From assembly GCF_009914755.1 (NCBI RefSeq), contig NC_060936.1: DNA of 64,000 nt; one strand, 5' to 3'. Of this stretch, positions 43,405 through 57,463 are shown piece by piece; within the stretch, counting starts at the first letter, position 1; every line of letters begins with the position of its first letter. The notes under the pieces are model-generated. The model did not search any database, was not told where the DNA came from, and was given only the letters and a program-made list of their open reading frames with translations. Source of the stretch: the human T2T-CHM13v2.0 reference genome, Homo sapiens. Position numbers and translations under genes: made by a program.

Positions 43405-45947
43405 AATTCGTTATCTTCGTATGGCCATAATGAGTTTTTTTAGCACTTGCATTTCATATATTCTTTTCTATGATTCTTTTTTTGTTTGTTTGTTTTACTG
43501 GTGAAGCCCTTGAATATTCTTTTCATACTGAGAGACTAAATAGTAAGTAAACTAAGTTTCTGAATGACTGGAAGTAGCTTTTGCATAATATAAAGTGCAG
43601 GTAAGTATCTTTTTTCTTCCTAACTTTGAAGACATTGCTTCATTTTCTTTGAGTATTCATTGCCATTGATGAAATTTTAATGTCAATAATATTCCTTTAA
43701 ATGTAATATTCCTTCATATATATATAATTTTTGAAGAGGGTGAGTTCTAAAATCTCAACACAATGTAGTAAGATGTATGTCCTGTTCATGAAATGACTAC
43801 CATTGATGTTGGGAGGTAACATCAACAAAGAATCCTGATGCATATTTGAGGAAATATTTCAAAATGTTCTATTTTTTGGTTGTCTTAGTTCTAACATGTC
43901 TAAAACATCTGCCAAATGACAACATTTCTGGTATATTCCCATTTGGCATTTCAGACAGAAAGAAAGGGGACTCCCTGCTTCTTTCCCCCCTCTTCCGTTT
44001 TCCCCTCTTCTTATGCCCTGCTGTATCTTATGTTTGTCCCCATCTCTCTCCCAGAGAACCACATGGCTCATGAATCACCCCTTTGGCCCAAGGATGAGTA
44101 CCCACAGCAGCAAGCTCTTCCATTGGAAACCACGCTGAGGAAGACATGGTCAAGCTCTGGCAGCAGATCAAGCTGTTATGGCAAGAATTCCTGGTTCTGC
44201 GTCCCCAGCATGTAATATAGAAGATCTGGGAGTGGGGTCTTGGGTCTGTAATGTCTGTGATATGGCTCCTCACATCTTCTTGTGTAGAGTGTCATGGCCA
44301 AAACAGGAATAACGTGTTTGCCCTTCTGAATTCCCCAGTAATGAGTCTGAAGCTAGTCTGAAGCTACCACAGTCTATTTTAAGGGATTCCATAACATGTT
44401 TGAATTATATCTATATGGTAGGGACTTTCAATCAGTAGCCAGGATCTGCTACTAGATCTAATTCCACAATTCTAATTCCACAAGCTACATACCTCCCTCA
44501 GAGGCCTGCCAAAATTCTTAGTGGAGGACATGGAAGTTCGTAGCCTTCATTTAGGGATTTTATTAACACCTTCTCCCTCTCCACAGCCCTAGTTTACAGA
44601 ATTGCTTAGTCTTTCCATTCTGAGAAACTCAAAATTTCAATGAAATGAAAAATAAGAAAATGAAACATTTTTTCCAACTGCAATTCAAGAATACTTTTTT
44701 ATGGTGGTGGTGATGTGGTAATTAATAGTAATTAAATTTGAAACCAATGTTGACATTTAAACTTTGTTAAAATATGGATCATGTACTCTTTAAGAACTGC
44801 CAGGAATAATGAGCAGAGATGAATTTGTTTTATTTATTGCATTTTTTCACTATAGATTACACATATGCACTTATGAAGAGCTTGGTTTTAGTTTCTGGTT
44901 GATTTTGTTCACTTTTATTTAAAAAATTGAATGTGGCCTCTAAAATATTATTTCTGAGCAAAGAATCCTGAAAATATTGGATGACATTTGCCTATTTTTT
45001 GTTTTTTCTTGTTTCTGGAGATGAGAGTTTTTATGTACATTTCATCAAGAGGCTAAAGACTGTTATCAAATTAATTAATTAATTAACAATTAATTCTTCT
45101 AAATTCTCAATATCCAAGTTATTCTTTCTAATTCATAAAACACAATTCCTTGTTTTCTAGTAGCCTCAATGATCACCAGAAAAATTAACTAGAGTTCTTT
45201 ACACACTGATATGTGAAAATATTGCATGTGTCATTGTAATATTTATGGCAATACTCTATTATAATATTTAATAATTTAAAGGCTTCTAGTGGGTAACCTA
45301 GAAGACAAAGACCATATCATTTTCTATATGTGATCAACATCCAGAATATTCTGTGAAGTATGATTGATGGAGATATATACACGGAATGATCTCCTTGAGA
45401 AGGAATTGGGCACGAACGAACACTTGAACCTGAACTCCGATTCAAAGCGTCAGGAAATGTATTTGGAAGAAAGTCTCTTGAATGTGTATAACCATAAACT
45501 ATCTGCTTTTCATAAAAGCCCATTTTCATGACCTCCAGAAAAATAACTTTCTCTGCTTCAGAATTTTCACCCTCACCAGAATAGATGCCAGGTCTACCTG
45601 TGAAACAGGAAAAACTTAGAATGCTTGTAACATTACAGTGGGTATAACATTTACACTTCCTTCATGGGAATATATGGTACAGAGAACTGGAGAAGAATCA
45701 TTGCTTTTCTTTTTGTGTAAGTATATACTTACACAAATCTCCATTCGGAGAATGTATGAGAGTGTCTAGAGATTCATTATATAATAAAAAATGTTCTGCT
45801 GGGATACACTGGTCACTCATTCTGAGTAAACCAGAAATGCTGCATGGTATATAATTTGCAGTAATCGTGCTTTGGTGACTGAGATTCCTTGTAGTGGTCA
45901 CTGACACTGGAGCTTTTATGTTACCTACCCTAACTAACTCTTAAAGT

Positions 45948-46270
45948 AGAATTGTCCAGTAGAAATAGATACACAAATCACATATATATTATGTTTGTGT
46001 TTTCTAAGTAGTAACATTTAAAAAAAGGAAAAAGGTGAAAATAATTTTAATAATTTATTTAACCTAATATATCCAAAATATAATAAATTCAATATATAAT
46101 TGATAGTAATAATAATATCTTTTAAATTTATATTTTCTTACTAAGCCATTGAATCCAGTATATAGGTAGCACATCTCAATTTGGACTAGCCACATTTCAA
46201 GTGCTCAGTAGCTAGTAACCAATGTTTTTGACAGCCAGCAGCCACTGGCTACTCTATGGAACAGTGTAGT
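45948..46270. mobile_element. MER33 (hAT-Charlie)
   Basis: 'tgtccagtagaaat', 'aacctaatatatccaaaata', 'gcacatctcaatttggactagccacatttcaagtgctca'. Confidence 0.8.
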
Positions 46271-47409
46271 AGGTGTGTCATTCTCGGCCTTCACCAGCAC
46301 TTTTCAGGTTTTTGCAAACCACTAGCCCAGCACGATCAAGATCCTGAGTTAGTCTTGGACAGCAACACACAGAAAATTCTCAGGTTTGGTAGTCACTGGG
46401 ATCTGGAGTCCATTTTTTTTTTTTTTTAAGTAAGCCCTGATACCCATGTCCTAAGAGAAACCTTAAGCATCTGTATTTAAAAATGGGCAGATGCCATCCT
46501 ACCCACTGCTTTATATCAGTGATATGAAGCCTTTGAACAGACTATGTGGTGCTTCAGAGTTTGTAAGCATCACCTGCTTCCCTCTGAATGTTAACCTTCC
46601 TGAGTGATTCTCCAACTTTTGTTGGGTAGTGCCAAGCTCAAATCATGCTTTCTGATTAGAAGTTTAGAATTTTCACCAAAGCATCAAATGATAACACTGT
46701 GCCATTCTGTATAGTGGGAATAATCATGGGGTCGGAAGACTGGCCTTTGAAGCTCACAGCTGTCACAGGAGGTCTCATGAGCAGTTAGTTGCAGAAAAGG
46801 GAATTACTTTTCCTCATCTGTAAAATTAGTGAGTGGTTGGGCTAGATGAGCTGGAAACTTCCTTCCTATGTTGACAATGTAAGATTTTTGAGCAAGCAAT
46901 TAAATATCTTGAAAGCATAAATCTAAAATCATTTACTGAATAGACTCAAACCTTATTAATTCAGAATTATACAAATAAGTACATTCCAATTTATGAAAAG
47001 CTGAATTTATGAAATGTTATTGCAGAAAGGAGAGATTTATTTTTTTTGTGGACGGAGAACTTACAAACCAGATTTCCCTTAAATTGTGTCCTAATTTATT
47101 ATTAGCCAAATTATTAAGGGAGGATATTTTCAAGATAAAAGTTTACAATATTATCCTCTAAATATATTTTAAGGTAAAACAAATTAAAACAAAAATTAAA
47201 CATGAAGCAAAATTAAAACAACAAAATAAACCTCAATGTGCAGCTTGGGAAATCCAAATCCACCTGAATGATCTGAGGCAATACCAGAAACACCATGATT
47301 TCTACATTATTTTCCAGCTCTGAGACTACAGGTTCAGAGTAAAGAAGAAAAGGCCAACCTCTCCTCCTTTGATTTCTCTCAATACTTCATTCCTCTGTAT
47401 TTTACGTAT

Positions 47410-47900
47410 TCCCTGGTTCATTTATTTAGTAACTTTCTATTGAAAACACCTTATATGACAACACTGTGCTAAGCATCAGAGATATTAATATAATAATGTA
47501 CAATGCACAATCCTTGCCATAAAGAAGCTTAGAGAAATTGAGGGACACAGAAAAGTGAAAACCCAATTTCAGCCTGCTGTGCTAAGTGCTACAACAGGAG
47601 CAAGTTTAGATTAAAAGGGCCTACAAGAAGCACAAAGCAGCACTGGAGAAGCATTTAGCTAAGTCTTAGATCAGTCACAGAAAACTTCTAAAGCAGGAAC
47701 TTCTAAACTGAAGCTGAGCTCTGGGTGACTCGGAAATCCACCAAGGGGTAGAAGCATTGGTTGGTTGAAGGAGGTTGGTGTATTTCCTACAAAGGAATAG
47801 TGTGTTCACAATTCTATAAAAGAGAAAGTGGCCATTTTGGGGAATAGTGGGTTGTCTCAGTATGACTAGATCATTGAATATAGTGAAGTAGTGAAGAGAG
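47410..47900. mobile_element. L2 3' fragment
   Basis: 'ttcatttatttagtaac...tattgaaaacaccttatatgacaacactgtgctaagc'. Confidence 0.7.
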
Positions 47901-48213
47901 ACAGGATAGAGATGTATAATCTGTGTTCTTATTGTCACTATCTCACATCTGAGAAACTCGAAAGTTATTTGAATGAGAGAAGAGTTGAAAATGCCAAAAT
48001 AAGAGTGTATTTCAAACTATAGGCCTTTTCAGTCGGTAAAGCTCTTACTGTCATTTTATTAGCACTAAATGCTTAAGTTTGACTTTGCAATAGATGTAGC
48101 AAACCAAAGTTTTAATATGTTGCTAAGCTAAATATTGAGTATGCATTTGAAGTAATGGACTAATAATAATTGTAATTAGTATATTAACTTTCTTTGTAAA
48201 TATATGATTTTAA

Positions 48214-48342
48214 CCCATTTATGCCAGAGGTTACAATTTTTTGTGTGTGAAAAATCAGACTTTGGCAATGACCTTGAGCAGTAGGATATAAATAACTCTG
48301 GCAGCTTAGCGTTCCAATAATGGAGGATTAAGCATAAATGGG
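48214..48342 (-). mobile_element. MER85 piggyBac (PGBD3-derived) MITE
   Basis: TTAA|CCCATTTATGCC...GCATAAATGGG|TTAG TIRs; internal 'gaccttgagcagtaggatataaataactc' and 'gcttagcgttccaataatgg'. Confidence 0.9.
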
Positions 48343-48534
48343 TTAGAGTATTTGAAATTGCTTTAAAATAGTTTGTTCTTTTAAATATTTCAAAGATCCC
48401 CTCTATAAGACAAACACAAGCCTCAAGTGCATCATTTTTTTAGCTAAACAGAGAAAATGCTGCCTAACATTATAAAAATGGTTATATATTCTAGATTGGG
48501 GAGATCAAGATGATTAGGTTTTTATTGTATTTTT

Positions 48535-48727
48535 TTATTTTTTTGAATTTTATTTATTTATTTATTTATTTATTTAAAGACAGGGTCCCACTCCATCACC
48601 CAGGCAGGCTGTAGCCCAGTGGTGCAATCAAGGTTCACTGTAGCCTCAAACTCCTGGCCTCAAGTGATCCTTCTGTCTTGATTTTTCCAAAGTGCTGGGA
48701 TTACAGGAATGAGCCACCATGCCTGGC
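48535..48727 (-). mobile_element. Truncated AluJ/FRAM-like element
   Basis: Alu ends with an internal deletion; (TTTA)n tail. Confidence 0.8.
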
Positions 48728-49011
48728 CTGTATTTTTTAATTTTACACATTTCCATCTCTAAGGGATAATGAGTGGCAGTGCACACTAAAAGCAGATAAC
48801 TTAAAGTTTGTAATTAAATTGCACTGGCCAAATTTGCCCAAGCTTTCCCACAATACATGACCAAAAGGTTCTGCATAAGAAACAAACTTGAAACAGAAAT
48901 AACAATGCTAAGTGAAGAGCCTTCATAGATACACATAGAAACATATCTAGTACCCTTTCTTGAAATGCTTCCCTTATTTTTTTTTTTCCAAGAGGAAAAG
49001 CAAAAAGGAAA

Positions 49012-49500
49012 CTGTATGAGTTTGCTATTGCTGGTATACCAAATTATCACAAACTTCATGGCTAATAACCACAGAAACGTATTATCTTGGTGGTCAGAAG
49101 TCCAAAATGGGTCTCACTGAGCTAAAATCATGATGTTGGCAGGTTTGTATTCTTTTCTGGAAGTTCTTGGGAAGAATTCATTTTCTTGCCTTTTCTAGCT
49201 TCTAGAATCTGCCCAAATTCTCAGCTCACGGTCCCCTTCAGTGTTTAAAGCCAGCAATGGTAAATCTAGTCTTTCTCAAGATAACAACTCTCTGCCTTCT
49301 TCTTTCCCATTTGAGGGGGCTTGTGATTACATTGGGCACATCAGGATAATCCAAGATAATCTGTTTATTTAAGGTCAACTGATTAGCAACCTTAATTTCA
49401 TCTACAACTTTATTTCTCCCTTGTTATATAATATAACACATTTAAGGTTGCAGGGATTACAATGTGTATATCTTTTCAGAGGGGTATTTTGCCCACCAAA
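49012..49500 (-). mobile_element. MLT1 (MLT1C/D-like) MaLR LTR
   Basis: 'tgtatgagtttgctattgctg...atcacaaact', 'tcagaagtccaaaatgggtctcactgagctaaaatc', 'ttgtgattacattgggcaca..ggataatccaagataatct'. Confidence 0.85.
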
Positions 49501-50374
49501 GACATTATCAGAGTAAGCAATAAATCTATCTTTAACTGGCATTGTAAACTGTAGCATATTTTTCCCAGTAAGATTTAATTGCAACATGATGCTAGGTTTT
49601 CATGGAATCTCAGGGAAGACATACGACAAAATCCCAGGCCTCATGAAGTTTGCAGGGAAACAAACAAACAAAAAAAAACTATCAAGACACATGTATAAAG
49701 TAGGTATCTTGTCAGAAAAGGACTTATTATCACTTTAGGTGCTCATTAAGTACAAATCACTGTTATTATCAATATCAAGTTAAGGTGATAATGTAGCAAT
49801 AATAACAATTAGATTCATTACATGAGTCATAATGTACTGTTAAGAGAAATACAATGTCTTTCTTTCATCAGTTGGGTAATTTATCAGTCCATAGAGAAGT
49901 TTTAAAATGCAGTCAATCAACCAGTTGACCACATGGTACTAAATAACAGATTTGAATGATCCATTTTATCATGGACGTGAATGATTTTGTTTTCCTTGAA
50001 GTGACAGACAATGGTAATGTCAAGTAGGGGTTGTACCAGATTTTCAAAGTTCTAAGGATGCTTCCTTTCAATGTTCTAGGGTGGAAAAAATAAGTTAGGG
50101 AATCATAATCCCCATTTATGATCCTTTAGAGGTTTGTGTTATAGATTTTATCAAATTAGCCAATTTTTTTTAATACGTAATTCTTTTCTGGGAAAGAAAA
50201 AGCTTAAAGTTCTACTTCAAATTGCTCCTCTTTTTGTGCTAAAGACTCATTTTAAAAATCACTTTCACTCTGTTAGAAAAAAAGAATATTTACTTTCTTC
50301 TCTCAAGTACAGAATGTAGTAGAGTTCAGTTCATTAACAGGTTTTACTTGCTATACATTTAAAAGACTGATTTC

Positions 50375-52400
50375 AACTGCTGATTTAACATATTTATTAA
50401 ATGCCTACTAAGTGTTAGGCACTACTCTAGAAGATGTGACTATAACAGAAAATAAGACAGACAAGGAGAGACAAAACTATATAAATAAGCCAGAATAAAT
50501 GATCACATGGTGACAACTGCTATGCTGAGAATTAAAATGAATGATGTCATCAACAGTGACTGGGTATCTAGATTGTGCGGTCAGAGATGGCCTCTCTAAA
50601 ATGATGGCATTTAGGCTGGGATCTGACTAGCAAGGAGGAGCCAGCCATACACAGAGTGGTAGAAGTACACTCCAGTGTCCCAGTGGGGCCACTAATGGAT
50701 GTAAGCATTAATGCAAACTTGATGTGTTGGAGATACAGAAGACTTGTGGAGCTGGAGCATAGTAGGGTAGCAGATAGACAGTACAAAGTGGTCTTAGAGA
50801 GGCAACCACAACTCCATCATGAAGAGCTGGGTGTGGTGGTTCACCCCTACAATCCTAGCACTTTGGGAAGCCAAGGTGGGCGGATAGCTTTAGTCTGGGA
50901 GTTCGAGAGCAGCCTGGGCAACATAGCAAAACCCCATCTCTACAAAAAGTACAAAAATTAGCCAGGCATGGTGCTGTGTGCCTATAGTCCCAGCTACGAG
51001 GGAGGCTTAGGCTTGAGGATCTCTAGAGCCAAGGATGTAGAGGTTGCAGCGAGCTGCGATCAGGCCACCATATTCCAGCCTGGGCGACAGAGCTAGACCC
51101 TGCCTTGAAAACAAAAACATCATGGAGGATTCTAAGACACATGGTAAAATAGATGATGGGAATTCATTGAAAGGTTAAAGACAAGAGAAAGATACAGTTT
51201 GATATACATTATGAAAAACATCATAGCTGCTAAGTGGAGGGATAATTGATTGTAAGAGGAAAAATGGAAGTAGAGAAACTTAAAATATTATAGTAATCCA
51301 AGTGAGAGATGATAGTAGTTTGTCTAAAGTAATATAATAGAAATAAAGAAAACTTAGCATTATCTTTTGGGGATAGTTCAAAGAATTTGGTGATTCAAAA
51401 TGGAAGAATAAAAGATAAATCAATAATGACTCACAAATTTTTAACTTGAAAAAGTATTCAGGAGATCATGCTATTTACAGTAATGGAGGTGACAAACAGA
51501 GGAGCAAGCTTGTAGGAAAAAATGAAGAGTTCTATTTTGGCCATGTAATACTTAAGATGCATATCAGACATTTGGGTCACCTGGGACATCATTCAGTCAC
51601 CTAGGACTAGTTAATCAGTAGAGAAGAGAGCCTGAAACATAGGCAAGGAGATCCCAACCTTTAGAGTGAGCAGACTAGTAAGAGTCAGCAAGGACTTGAA
51701 GAGCCCATGGGCCCTGGCAATAGTTTACAACATTATAGGGTTGGGATTTGAGGAAATTAATGTCTAATGCTTTCAGTATTTTGTATTCGCTTCTTTGGAT
51801 CATAAGAGATATGTGCATCTAAGGTCAAGCAAAAGTATTTGAGAGTGATGTGGGAGAGAGGAATACGAAGGGGCCAATTAAGGTAGAAAACCATAAATAA
51901 GCAAGCACTAATTAATATGATTGTATTATTTCCATCGGAAGTGCTATAAGTTAGGTATAGAAACAAAGAAGGATGCTTAAACCAAAGTGAATGTAGTAGA
52001 AGAACAAAGTGAGACTTGTTAGTACTCATGAGAGAGTAGAAGAAGTGATACTCAAATGGGTTTGGATTCAAAAGGGAATTAAGTGAAGTTAGAGGGACTG
52101 ATGGGTTGGCAGGCTAGGGAAGACTTAAGGGATTAAGTTTTCTAAGTCACCGAGGTACAAGTCTAGTTGGAGCAATACAGAGTCTCTTTTCCACCACTCC
52201 AGTGGGAGACATTCACATTAAGCTGAAGTGTTGTGCTAACATAGAATACAAGATGAATAGTGTTTTCTAGAGTTATATGATGTGCCAGCCTTAAAGGAAT
52301 AGAAGATTGTAGTTAGAGTCTTGAGTAGGAAGTTGTTATTTCAGATGTAGAATATTTCTGAGTGATGATAAGGAAGGAAGTTTCGTCATGTGAATAAGTG
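50375..52400. mobile_element. L2a element, fragmented, hosting an AluJ
   Basis: 'tttaacatatttattaaatgcctactaagtgttaggcactactctag', 'aagagttctattttggccatgtaa', 'aatccaagtgagagatgatagtag'. Confidence 0.75.
50825..51118 (+). mobile_element. AluJ
   Basis: Dimeric Alu with J-type 'ggatagcttt' and 'gcagcctgggcaacatag'. Confidence 0.92.
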
Positions 52401-52405
52401 GCTTA

Positions 52406-52724
52406 GGCCACGTGCGTTGGCTCATGTCTGTAATCCCAGCACTTTGGGAGGCCAAGGCAGGTAGATCACCTGAGCTCAGGAGTTGGACACCAGTCTGGCA
52501 ACATGGCAAAACCCTGTCTCTGCCAAAAATACAAAAAAAAAAAAAAAAAAAAATTAGCTAGGCGTGGTGTTGCGTGCCTCTGGTCCCTGCCACTCGGGGG
52601 GCTGAGGTGGGAAGATTTCTTAAGCCTGAGAGGCAGAGGTTGCAGTGAGCTGAGATTGTGCCACTGCAAAGTAACCTGGGTGACAAGAGTGAGACCTCAT
52701 ATCAATCAATCAATCAATCAATCA
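52406..52724 (+). mobile_element. Alu (J/S) with an (AATC)n tail
   Basis: Alu consensus; tail converted to a tetranucleotide repeat. Confidence 0.92.
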
Positions 52725-52835
52725 GTATCTTAATAGACTTTTAGTATGATTGACTGTAGGATATTGAATGGACAGTTTATAAACATTAAAGTCATCTAAA
52801 AAGGAACATGGAAAGTATCAACACTAGATGGCAAA

Positions 52836-53203
52836 AGTTATAAACTGAATGTCTGTATCCTCCCAAAATTCACAGGTTGAAACCCTCCAATGTGACATTA
52901 GGAGGTGTGACCTTTGAGAGGTACTTAGAATTAGATGAGGTCATGAAGGTGGAGCCCTCATGAATGAGATTTGTGCCCTTATAACTATAACTAAAGAGCT
53001 TGCTTCTTACACTTGTTCTCAACAGTGTAAGGATACAAGAAGCAGGCAGTCTGCAACACTTAAGAGGAACCTCACCAGAGTCCAACCATGGTGGCACCCT
53101 GATCTCAGAGTTCCAGCCTCTAGAACTGTAAGAAATAAATTTCTGTTGTTCAAACTACCCAGTTTCTGGGAGTTTGTTATAGTAGCTTGAACAGACTAAG
53201 ACA
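52836..53203 (+). mobile_element. MLT1A-like MaLR LTR
   Basis: 'actgaatgtctgtatcctcccaaaattca', 'cagcctctagaactgtaagaaataaatttctgttgtt', ends 'acagactaagaca'. Confidence 0.88.
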
Positions 53204-53479
53204 GCATATTAAAATACAATCAGAAGTACCTCAACTTTAGAAAGAGAAAATATTCAGATACAAAGGAAAACATTTTATTTAAATGAACATTAATTAGATT
53301 TTCAAGCATATAAAGAGATAGTGCCATTATTAACCACAATATAATTCTAAATAAGAAGAAGAAAAGAAGGAGAGAGAAAAAAAGGGAAAGAGGGAGGGAG
53401 TGAAGATATAAAAAGGAAGGAAGGAAGATAGGTTTTGACAAATTAAGACCAAAAGACTGAGCTATAGATTATGGAATCT

Positions 53480-54140
53480 GTCCCCTCAGTTGCATTATTC
53501 TCTTACCTAGTCTCTGTCTTATTTTCATCTGGTCCATCTTCACAAGACTATGCAAGAGATCTTTTTAAGATGAAAAATGGATCACAGAATAATGGACTCT
53601 TCTCCATAAACCCTTCAACAGCTTCCCATTATCCACAGAATCATGTCTAAACTCCTTAGTGTGGCAATCAAGGACCTTGACGATCTAATCACTGCCTTTT
53701 CCTCTAGGCATGTTTCTCACCATATTTCCCATAACTCCCTCGCAATACAATTACTTGTCCTTCCCTACAAACACTAGGTCACTTCTGACATCTGTGTTAT
53801 ACGCAGGCTATTGCTTTTAACTACGATGTATTTTGAAAACTGCATCGCATTCTCTGTGAAACCTTCTCTAGTTTTCCACTCCTTCCCATTCTTCCTTCTC
53901 CTAATTGTTTCATGCCAAGAAAGAACCATCATCTCATCACTTCTAATTCTGTACTACACTTCTGTATCTTCTACATGTTTCTATTATTCCATGTATTCAT
54001 GTGTATTATTTGTTAGCTAAGTCTCTAAGCTTCTTGAGGGAACAGACATTGTCTATTTCTTTAGGCATTTAAGCTCAACACTGTTAAGCACCTACCCATG
54101 CCTAGAACATCGTAGGTGCTTAACAGTGTTTGCTGAACAG
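53480..54140. mobile_element. L2 fragment
   Basis: Ends 'gcctagaacatcgtaggtgcttaacagtgtttgctgaa', an L2 3' end. Confidence 0.7.
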
Positions 54141-54180
54141 ATGTTATCTGATATAAAATAGAAAGCTTCACTAAGAATCA

Positions 54181-54860
<680 letters not shown>

Positions 54861-57050
54861 CAAAAAATTCAAAACTACAAATAACGAATTATACATTTGC
54901 ATTAAATGCTATTTTGTAGATACCAAGAAATTTATAGTCAAGATTTTCATAGGAGGTAGTAATTTGAACTACTTCAATTTCCTTCATTTGATAATAAAAT
55001 AATGTATTAAAAGAACACAGTGAATCAAATACAGTAACCAGACAGACAAATACAGGAGGTTTTTTTTTTTTTACTTTATACATAATTATGCAGTACGAGT
55101 ACTGAAAAGAACACAAATTATATAGACCAAATTGTCACATGAAAAGAATACTTCCTAGCCAAATCTATAATTCTGATAACGACTTTAACCTGGTTTTAAT
55201 ACTATTTTTTGATAATTTCCAGGTATCTCTTGTTAGAATATCTTTAGCTCTGAAAAGAAAGAAGCAATATGAAATCTTATACTATGCAGCTTTCCAAAAA
55301 TTGCATTTTCTGTACCCTCATACATCTTTCATCATCATCAGTAGCAAAAACAAAAATAAGAAATTGACAGCCCTCAGAAACCCAGATCAGTATTGGTTGG
55401 GGCTTATTAAAGAAAAGAAATGCCTTCCCTAATAAAATTCCTAAAAATCTACAGGTCAGTAGCTTCTAAATATGTTTTGAGGAGCTTTGGTCTGGCAACA
55501 CCCTTAAAGGAAGTTGGTCTGGCAACACCCTTAATAGCATCTTTAGTTAACAATGATATATTTTTAAAAGCTAGATTTTTCTCCTTATTTTCCTCAGGTA
55601 GAAAATTACTTTAGTAAATCTGCACAGAAACTAATGTGCCACAAAAAAAGATTGCTTCCCTAATCAGTTTATCAACTTGATCATACTTACTTATATTATT
55701 TCAAAGTCAAATTATGTAAGTAAACAAACTATTAAAAAGACAAGGTTTCATACATAATTTGCAAAGTAGCCATTAATAACTCTCTTTTCTAATGTGAATT
55801 TCTAAAATAATAATGATCACCAGATGTTTAATCTTTTTTTATTCCATAAATGCATCATCTACTTTTCAGAAAACTTTTTTTCATGAGTTCTCGCTCTCTG
55901 TTCAATAATCGTTTTGTACATTGTCAAGAAATAATTGCTTCTAGCACTCTGAAGAATGCATGTATAGATGACCATTCAAATATATTTATTTTCTTCTTTG
56001 AGGTTCATTTTAATTTCTTCTTTGAGGTCCATTTTTTATAACACAGTAACTTTTAAACACCAAAAAAGAAAGGGAAACTTCTTTTAATAGTAATGAGCTT
56101 CCCAAAGCCAAAGTGAATTTTAAGTTCCACTGAAAATTTGGTGAGATGGCTCTATGTCATAGCCATAAAGCATGCATGACAAAAGACAAGACTCTATGCT
56201 GGCATTGCCTCTACTCAACCACTCTATAGTGGAATATGTGAAAGAAAAAAGAAGGATGACAAAATAATTATAGTATGTGACTTCTCCTTCTGGTCTTCTC
56301 TGTCCCCTTCTTATCAATGAGTATATTGACAATTAACTCTACTCAGAAGATTGAGACAGTTCCTCAAAAATTTACTTCATCCTTGTACCAGATAGAAGCA
56401 GTGACTGAGCGTTTAATACTCTTAATTTGTTAAAACCTACACTCTGGTCTATAGGCTACAGATCTCAGACAGTTGACACTGTTCAGAATAATAAACATAT
56501 GAGATAGATAATCAATGAAACACACAATTTCAGCTTTAATAAGCTGACTTCACAGTGACATAAAGCCATATTCCAAATTACTTATTTTTAAATACAACAA
56601 ATAAGCCATATTAAAGAACAGAACTTTGGTAAATCGGAGTATTAATATTAAAAGCAAAGAAAAAAACTAGACATTTTGGTATATACCTTTCATCTAGTTC
56701 GAGAATACACAAATGGATTTAGCCCCAAGAAGCAATGTTTATTTTTTCTGTTGGAGCAGCAAAGCAAGTCAATGCTGTAAAAGGAGATAGGACTCAAAAC
56801 TGTCATCATGACTTCATCTCAGACTGTCAACATGCCACTATTTCTCCCAGATACCTCTGTGGTCCAGATTCAGTAACCTTTCCCTTACCATCCCCAACAT
56901 ACTCCTCCATTGTGCCAAAGTCACATGGGATCCAAAATGAGAAAGACTTTTTCAGGAATCTTTTGAAAAAAACATTATTTTAAGATATTACATAAAGAAA
57001 AGTGTAGTGACAGAAAATTTGAGAAGACATAGATATGAAAAAATGTTTCT

Positions 57051-57463
57051 GGCTGGCTGGAGTGTCTCACACCTGTAATCCCAGCATTTTGGGAGGCCAA
57101 GGCAGGAGGATCACTTGAGTCCAGGAATACTGAGACCAGCCTAGGCAACATAAAGAAACTCCCTCCCTATGAAATGTATGTATGTATGTATGTATGTATG
57201 TATGTATGTATGTATGCATGCATGTATGCATGTATGTGTGTATGTTTGTATGTATACATAAATAAATAAATAGCTGGGTGTGGTGGCGTGTGTCTGTAGT
57301 CCCAGCTACTTTGGAGGCTGAGATGGGAGAATCATTTGAGCTCAGGAGGTCGAGGCTGCAATGAGCCATGATCACACCACTGGCACCACTGCACTCCAGC
57401 CTGGGCAACAGAGCAAGACCTTGTCTCCAAAAACAAAATAAAACAAAAACAAAAATAAGAAAA
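57051..57463 (+). mobile_element. AluJ with a (TATG)n expansion in the linker
   Basis: Alu arms flank an STR at 57174-57270. Confidence 0.9.

Noticed and set aside
43960-44220. Plus-strand polypyrimidine tract and AG at ~44054 followed by exon-like sequence (possible antisense lncRNA exon)
   Set aside because: The donor is weak and the region adjoins probable old L1/HAL1-like fragments; unsupported without transcript data.
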